DNA from: Octopus vulgaris
Taxonomy: Eukaryota
NCBI GenBank assembly: GCA_951406725.2
Contig: OX597814.1
Coordinates: 130,758,001 to 130,822,000 of the forward strand
DNA: 64,000 bases
Direction of reading: 5' to 3'
Notes under the pieces: generated by a model
Told to the model about the DNA's origin: nothing
What the model saw: only the letters and a program-made list of their open reading frames with translations
Database searches by the model: none
Part shown: in pieces, positions 57,320-64,000 of the stretch
Numbering within the stretch: position 1 is the stretch's first letter
Layout of the letters: each line of letters opens with the position of its first letter
Translations under genes and position numbers: made by a program

Positions 57320-59480
57320 TTATTTAAATCTAGAGAAAGTATACGCTAATTTGTGAAGGCAAAAACAATTTCTCTCGTTAATGTTATTAATAATGGGTAG
57401 GTAGGCCAGCCTTGATGATGAAGAAAATTTCATTGATACATAAAGAGCATTTTTATTTCTACTATTGTATACAGGTGCAGAAGTTAGTATTTCCCAATTT
57501 AATTTAAAATCTATGTTCTTACTCTTGAGTTCCCAGATATACGTACTTAACCCCGTAGAATTCATCCTATTTTTATTTTTAAAAGTATATCTATGATAGT
57601 TTAGCCGTTGTTTTATACTATTTTTAGTCGCACCAATGTACACCCTACTATTATATTGTGTATTTACATTGCATTGATAAAATACCTCTTTCCTCAGGTA
57701 TTCATTACCAAACACACATTGATTCCTGCTTCTGCAATTGCAGCTATTAACAGATTGAGGAGATTTAACCTTGGCAGAAATCCCCGTATCCCTATTCCTA
57801 TTGATAGTATTGCACCTCTTTTCACCACCACCCAGGTTTATCTTTCTATCATTATAGAAGCAATCTAATTTCCTGTTATTAAAGGAGGAAATGATGGTGG
57901 CTAGATTATTCGTAATGCTATATCTTATTCTAATGGTTCTATTGTTAATTATTTGGCTAAATTTGTTCTTGCCCTTAGCAAAGTGCCTATATATTACGTT
58001 ATGTATTGTTCTGATTATATCTGTTTTAATCTGCATTGCATATGATATTATTAGCCATAGTGCATCGTCATCACTATGTGGATTACCTATCAAATTGTTA
58101 TTTTTGGCAAAAACCCTATTACCCTTCCATTCCATATGCTTCCTACCTTTAATATTGTCAATATTATGCCTAGAATTCCACTTTAGATTAGTTTTATTAT
58201 TGTCGTTATTATTTTATTATTATTATTATTATTGTGTAGATGAACTTCACTATTGCCATATATAATATCATTGTTATTATGCCTATTGTTAATATCACTA
58301 CTATCACTATTGTGCGTTAAGTTATTTAGACTAATGTTAATAGCTCTAAAATTACCAAAACTCGTATTATTGCCATATATATTTTTATATAGCATATTTT
58401 TCTTTATCCTACAGTTATTATTGTCCCTACGGAATTTATTTGTGTTATTCATAATAGTTCCACCTGTATTCGAAAGATTGTTATTGGGTATATACCAAAT
58501 TTTACTTGTGTAGCCTGCCTTAAGCAATGCCGTATTATATCTTTCACAATGCCTATTAAATACGTCCCCGTTTGAGGATAGATAAGGGATTCTCCGACTA
58601 ATGCTACGTACCAGTGACTTTTTAATTTGAGGGGGATGATTGCTAGAGTAGTTTATATATACTAAGTTAGAATTAGGTTTAATATACGGTTCATGTATCC
58701 CATTAGTAAGGTTGCAATTGACATCTAAATAATTGGCAGAGTAATTTTCATTTTCAATAACTATGGATAAGCCAAAACTTTAAAAAAATTTATGTAGTCG
58801 TTTTTTCAGTAAATCTAGCCTCCTATTAGATGTGTTTTTGACTAGAAATAAAGCGTCATCCCTATATAGTCCGCCCTTTAATTCAGGGAATTCCCTATTA
58901 AGGTTATCGAGTAAATACATCCCTACTAAATCTGTCACTTACGCTGAATCCGGCGAGCCCATGGTGATGTCAAATAAATTGGGTGTGTCCTTTCTAGCCC
59001 ATAATTTGTTATCAAACTCTATTGATGTTTTTCTAGCTGTAAAGATAACCTTTACCTCCCCCATACTTAAGTTGGTATGTCTCCTAGCAAAAAGTAAAGC
59101 CTGATTTAATATAATAGGGTTAATGGAGGAGTAGTAATTTTGTATATCCAATTGGATAAATTTATTGCTACTATTATCACTAACCTTAATGGTAGAGAAC
59201 CAATCTAATGCACCCTGGGTATTTTTCCATAGGCTGAGTTTAATCTTGTTACGTATAGTCAGTAAGTATTTGTCCAGAATAAGTTTACTCAATTTACCTA
59301 AGTCAGACTTGGTAGGGCAAATCAGTCTGACCTGTGTGTTACCAAGGAAGTTTTCCTTATGGTCTTTAAGTGTAATTCTCGGTCTCATGGGGGTATAAGG
59401 TTCAGTTTTATTTTCCAGATAATAATCAAGCATTATTTCTCTAACCTCAAAGTTTAGTTCCTTAAGTGTATTAAAAGGTA
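57320..59480 (-). pseudogene. Penelope-like RT and GIY-YIG endonuclease ORF, disrupted
   Basis: VRLICPTKSDLG, WKNT..ALDWF, FIQLDIQNYYSSI, FDITMGSPDSA*, GLYRDDA; CNC-x5-C; VFY..VYIGAT..RLNYH..LSTYIWELK; TAA stop at 58939 and several frameshifts. Confidence 0.9.
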
Positions 59481-59600
59481 CAATTTTATACTTCTACACA
59501 TATATACATACATATATATATATATATATATAATATTTTTTTGCGTAATGAGATAAAAAAGCCAAGGCTGTGTAGATATTAGGGCATTTATAGATAGAAT

Positions 59601-59652
59601 GTCTTACAGCTGTTTCCGGGATATTTATTAATTATATCCCTTCATCGGAGAC
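59601..59652 (-). ncRNA. Minimal hammerhead variant (CCGAUGA core) in a short pLTR-like repeat
   Basis: gtct-CCGAUGA-a-gggatat/atatccc-g-GAAA-cagctg-UA-agac. Confidence 0.7.
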
Positions 59653-59863
59653 GGTGTGAGAGGAAAGTTAAGTTATAGTTAGTTTAGATGTGATATAAAA
59701 TAGAGAGTGAGGTGGAGGAAAGAAAATAGAAGTGAGATATGGAGGGATATTGAAGTGGTAGATCCATTTTTTAGGCAGAATGGTATATATGTAAGATGCC
59801 AATACCTTATGAGTAAAATCCAACAGAATTTTAAAATGGGTCACGCACGCGCACGCGCGTATA

Positions 59864-60725
59864 TCTACAACATGTGTGGGAAATTCTCTCTGTGAGTGTG
59901 TTTGCGGATTTGGTAGCTAACTCTTCCTACATTGTTCTATCGATTTTGATGAAACTTGACACGTGAGTAGAACTCACGTCAGGAAACCTCATGGCATACT
60001 CAGATTGTTGAAAAAACTCGATAATAGGGCCCCTGGAAGTGATCCTTATATATATCTAATATATTTCATTTTAACAGCCAAGGCAAATAACCCATTCGCC
60101 CAGATATTATCAGCCAAAAGTAATAACCCATTCATTTTCTTAAATTATTTGGTATAAATCAAATTGAGTATAAACTGTTAGAGTTATTTTCGCAATTTAT
60201 CCAATACAACCTTTAAACAAATAAATAGTATTTTCCTAAACAATAGATCCACTTATTTAGGTTAGTAACTTATTCACAAATATACCAACACTAGCGCCGC
60301 TGAGTGTAATATTCTCTAGAAACGCACAAAAGCTCTTTTCAGAGTTATTTCCTTTGAATTGTTATTATCTCATATTTGATTAGCCTGTTATTACGTAACA
60401 TGCTTCACGATTTTAGTATATTTCCTCCTAAGTTCTATATACTCTGGGAACGCATTAAAGTCCTTTTCGGGGCTACTTTATTTGAATTCTTACTATCGAG
60501 CAACTAATTTCATGTTATTACATAACTGACTTCACAATTTGGGTATTCATAACTTATTGGGAATTCATAAAGCAAAATCCAGTTCGGTATTCTCTGTAAA
60601 TCCACAAAAACCGTTTTAAGGACTACATACTTTGTATTGTTGTTACTAGATTAGTGAAACAATTATGAGAACGGAGCCAAGGGATAAGTCTCGCTTTCCC
60701 GGTAATTACCTGGTGCGTCAGCTAG
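59864..60725 (+). mobile_element. Non-autonomous Helitron-like element
   Basis: A|TC start, cgattttgatgaaactt motif, internal repeats, subterminal hairpin (ggtaattacc within cccggtaattacctgg) and CTAG|T end. Confidence 0.6.
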
Positions 60726-60748
60726 TATATATATACATATATATATGC

Positions 60749-60851
<103 letters not shown>

Positions 60852-60914
60852 TGTGTTTGTGCCCGCCCACCGTCACTTGAGAACTTGACAAGAATATAAA
60901 AAATGATAACTGTC

Positions 60915-61260
60915 TCTACTTTAGGCAAAAGGCCAACAATTTTTGAGTTAAGGGGTTTAGTCAATTAGAGCGCCCCCTGTACTTGGCGCCAATCTTATTT
61001 TATCGACTTCGAAAGGATGAAATGTAAAGTTGATCCTGGTGAGATTTGAACTCAGAAGTTAAAGTATCAAGGCAAAGCCGCTTTTATCCATACTCTGGTG
61101 TTCCTGCCAGTTCGGCACCTCATTTGTTGTATGATACTAATTGTCTTTACGTTCTGAGTTCAAATTCCGCCGAAGTCGACTTTGCCTTTCATCCGTTCGG
61201 GGTCGATAAATCAGTACCAGTTGCGTACTGGGATCGATCTAATCGACTGGCTCCTTCCGA
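60915..61260. mobile_element. Two SINE family B fragments head-to-head (60915-61060 minus, 61143-61260 plus)
   Basis: tcgacttcgaaaggatgaaa..tttgaactcag and gttctgagttcaaattccgccgaagtcgactttgcc. Confidence 0.75.
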
Positions 61261-61641
61261 GATTAGAAAAGATTATATAATATTAGTAGTTTCTAACACT
61301 GACTCAAGGTGTCAAATTTCGCTACATCTTGCATTGTGAATTTAAACGATTCCACTAATCAAAACTCAGCACTTGTTTAACAAAACCTAGGAGGACAAAA
61401 GGCAACGACGATCTCAGAAAGATTCGAACTGGGAACGAAAAAAGCATATAACTGAATACCGTATGTCATTTCGTCCGATGCTCTACTGGTTCTGTCAATC
61501 CTCTGCACTTCCCATTTCCACAAATGCGAAAGAAAACATATAAATACCATAAAGTACATAGAAACTATACCTCGTTATTTCCATTAAATCATGCGTGGCT
61601 GTTTACTTATTTTCACAGATTTCTCTTGTCTTGCAGACATC

Positions 61642-61712
<71 letters not shown>

Positions 61713-62057
61713 ACACACACACACACACATATTGGTTTCATTATCTTTACATATGATTAATTCTGTTATATTTATATTATTTTTTCAGTGTTTGCTTTTA
61801 CTGTTATTTTCCATATGAACGGTTCAGTTTATTTTTTCCGATACTTTTATTTTTTCTATACTTGTAGGTTTCCTCTACTGTCCATATTTTTTTTTATGTA
61901 GTGTGGAGTTGTCCATTTACTTGTTTATATACTTGTATCGTAAGATTTTTTTTGTTTTATATCAGTAATGTGTTGTTTTCTATTTGCTTTCTATTTCTAT
62001 TTGTCCATGATGCTAGACAAGCTGAAACGACAACAGCGATCCGGATAATATACTACA

Positions 62058-62119
<62 letters not shown>

Positions 62120-62858
62120 AGCTGCTGCTGCTATTGTTGTTGTTGTTGTTGTTGTTGCTGTTGTTGTTAAAAAACAAGACGGGTAAGGGTGCTTGGGTGA
62201 CGGTCTATGGCTTAGGGACGGAAGACCCCAGACCTTGGAAAAAAACTTTGGTCGTCTTGTTGTAGTCGAGGGCTCTTCGTTGACGCCCGACACCACTGGG
62301 AGGCGGCCCTCGAAGTCGCTGGAAATGGAGATTTCCAAGTCCAAATTCTTGAACGGCTGCTGCTACTACTACTACTATCACTGCTGCTGGTGGATCACCA
62401 AAGCTTTGGTCACTCAGTGGTGTTTCTAATTACAGTTAAATAAAATTTATTTTCATATATATATATATATATATATATATCGCTTCTGAAATCACTCGCT
62501 ACTACACGTACTTACCCAGACTGCATCCTATCTACCAACCTGAAACCCCTGAAGTCCCACCGCGTGCCCATCAGAGAAACTACTTCCCAAGGGTTATGCT
62601 CTATATCTGATAGTATCACAGGACATTACGCAGTCGCAAACGTCAATATTTCCAAGAGCAAATTTACACAACAGATACACTACTTCAGTGTAGGGACAGA
62701 GAAAACTCCATTTGTCTGTCCATCTAGAATCTAGAAAAAGCCTCCCCTAACATCTTATAGACAGGTCCCCACTTAACTACAGTCCATCTTTGTCTGCTCT
62801 ACCTCTGCAAGAAACTGCAATATCCTGTAGTATTCACTGCCAGAATATCTTAACAATT

Positions 62859-63340
62859 AAAGCGGCGAGCAGGCAGAAACGTTAGCACGCCGGGTGAAAT
62901 GCTTTGCGGTATTTCGTCTGCCGTTATGTTCTGAGTTCAAATTCCACCGGGGCCGACTTTGCCTTTCATCCGTTCGGGGTCGATAAACTAAGTACCAGTT
63001 ACACACTGAGGTCGATATAATCGACTAACTCAGTTTGTCTGTCCTTGTTTGTCCTCTCTGTGTTTAGCGCGTTGTGGGTAGTAAAAGAAAGGTATTTCGT
63101 CTGTTTAAAGGCGGAGAGCTGGCAGAAACGTTAGCACGCCGGGCGAAATGCTTAGCGGCATTTCGTCTGCCGTTACGTTCTGAGTTCAAACTCTGCGGAG
63201 GGCGACTTTGACTTTCATCCTTTCAGGGTCGATAAATAAAGTACCAGTTACGCACTGGGGTCGATGTAATCGACTTAATTCCTTTGTCTGTCCTTATTTG
63301 TCCCCTCTATGTTTAGCCCATTGTAGGCAATAAAGAAATA
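62859..63340 (+). mobile_element. SINE family B full dimer with a 17 bp TSD
   Basis: agaatatcttaacaatt at 62842-62858 and at 63341-63357. Confidence 0.92.
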
Positions 63341-63659
63341 AGAATATCTTAACAATTGTTACTTTAACACTGTTGCTTCAAATACATGTCATTCTAATAC
63401 TTCTCAAACTGCTGACCATCGTTGTTCCGGAAAAACAACTTCAAATTTTAGCTGGCCTGTGAATAATTCAGGGTTGCCCTTCGCATCATCGTGGCTTACA
63501 AATATCCTGATAGAAACACTTCTAGCACAGCGTTATGCATGACACACTAACCCATGTGTAACTCGATAACATCAGACCTGTCTTGAGGCTCGGTATCAAC
63601 AAATCTCAAATTTGAAGAACTTTTTTTTTAGGATTCCTACAGAATTGCACTTTTCTCCA

Positions 63660-63960
63660 AGTAAACAATGTATATCTCAAATCCTGTATCCTTCAGCTTC
63701 TTGAGAATCCGTATGACTGTTGCGCCAAGTGCACATATTGTCATCTTATTCTTCCAGAATTTCTTTATCTCACCAGCAAGATCTTCATATTTCTAAATTT
63801 TTCAATTTCTTTGGATATCCATTCTATTATCATATATCAAAATTTACTTTACAGTATTATTTTCTTTGTGCTCTACAATTTTCTTTGTCTCCTATAACCA
63901 TATCTGGTCTTTTTGGTTCTTGCTTATTTTTTCATATACGCACAACAGATTAGACGGTGG
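63660..63960 (-). pseudogene. RLE LINE C-terminal fragment
   Basis: Minus strand KYEDLAGEIKKFW..ICALGA. Confidence 0.55.
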
Positions 63961-64000
63961 GAAAAGAAAAATTGCCAACATCGGGCTACATATAGCTTTA

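Larger units (their letters stand above)
52175..59495 (-). mobile_element. Penelope-like retroelement (Naiad-type), 5'-truncated, between TA-rich microsatellites
   Basis: RT + GIY-YIG coding region, long repetitive 3' region and a hammerhead relic near the 3' end. Confidence 0.85.

Noticed and set aside
58939-58941. In-frame stop in the PLE RT as a possible selenocysteine codon (some Naiads encode selenoproteins)
   Set aside because: The codon is TAA, not TGA, and falls at a Glu/Gln-type position; no SECIS was recognised

Overview
AT-rich eukaryotic genomic DNA dominated by repeats, not prokaryotic. The dense (TA)n, (CA)n, (CATA)n, (GATA)n and (CAT)n microsatellites and the SINE families suggest a coleoid cephalopod such as Octopus (inference from repeat content). 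I found no confident host protein-coding gene, and most of the provided ORFs are microsatellite translations. The window holds three tRNA-derived SINE families, several decayed R4/Dong-type (RT + RLE) LINEs and RTE remnants. DNA elements include mariner, hAT, MULE and Merlin-like transposons or MITEs and a non-autonomous Helitron. A ~7 kb Penelope-like element (Naiad-type RT + GIY-YIG) spans a 100-N scaffold gap. The most notable signal is a recurring set of minimal hammerhead ribozyme (HHR) motifs in Penelope-type repeats next to (TA)n tracts. One is a near-perfect ~760 bp palindrome (21001-21758) carrying an intact-looking hammerhead on each strand. All coordinates and alignments were read by eye, so boundaries of decayed elements are approximate.
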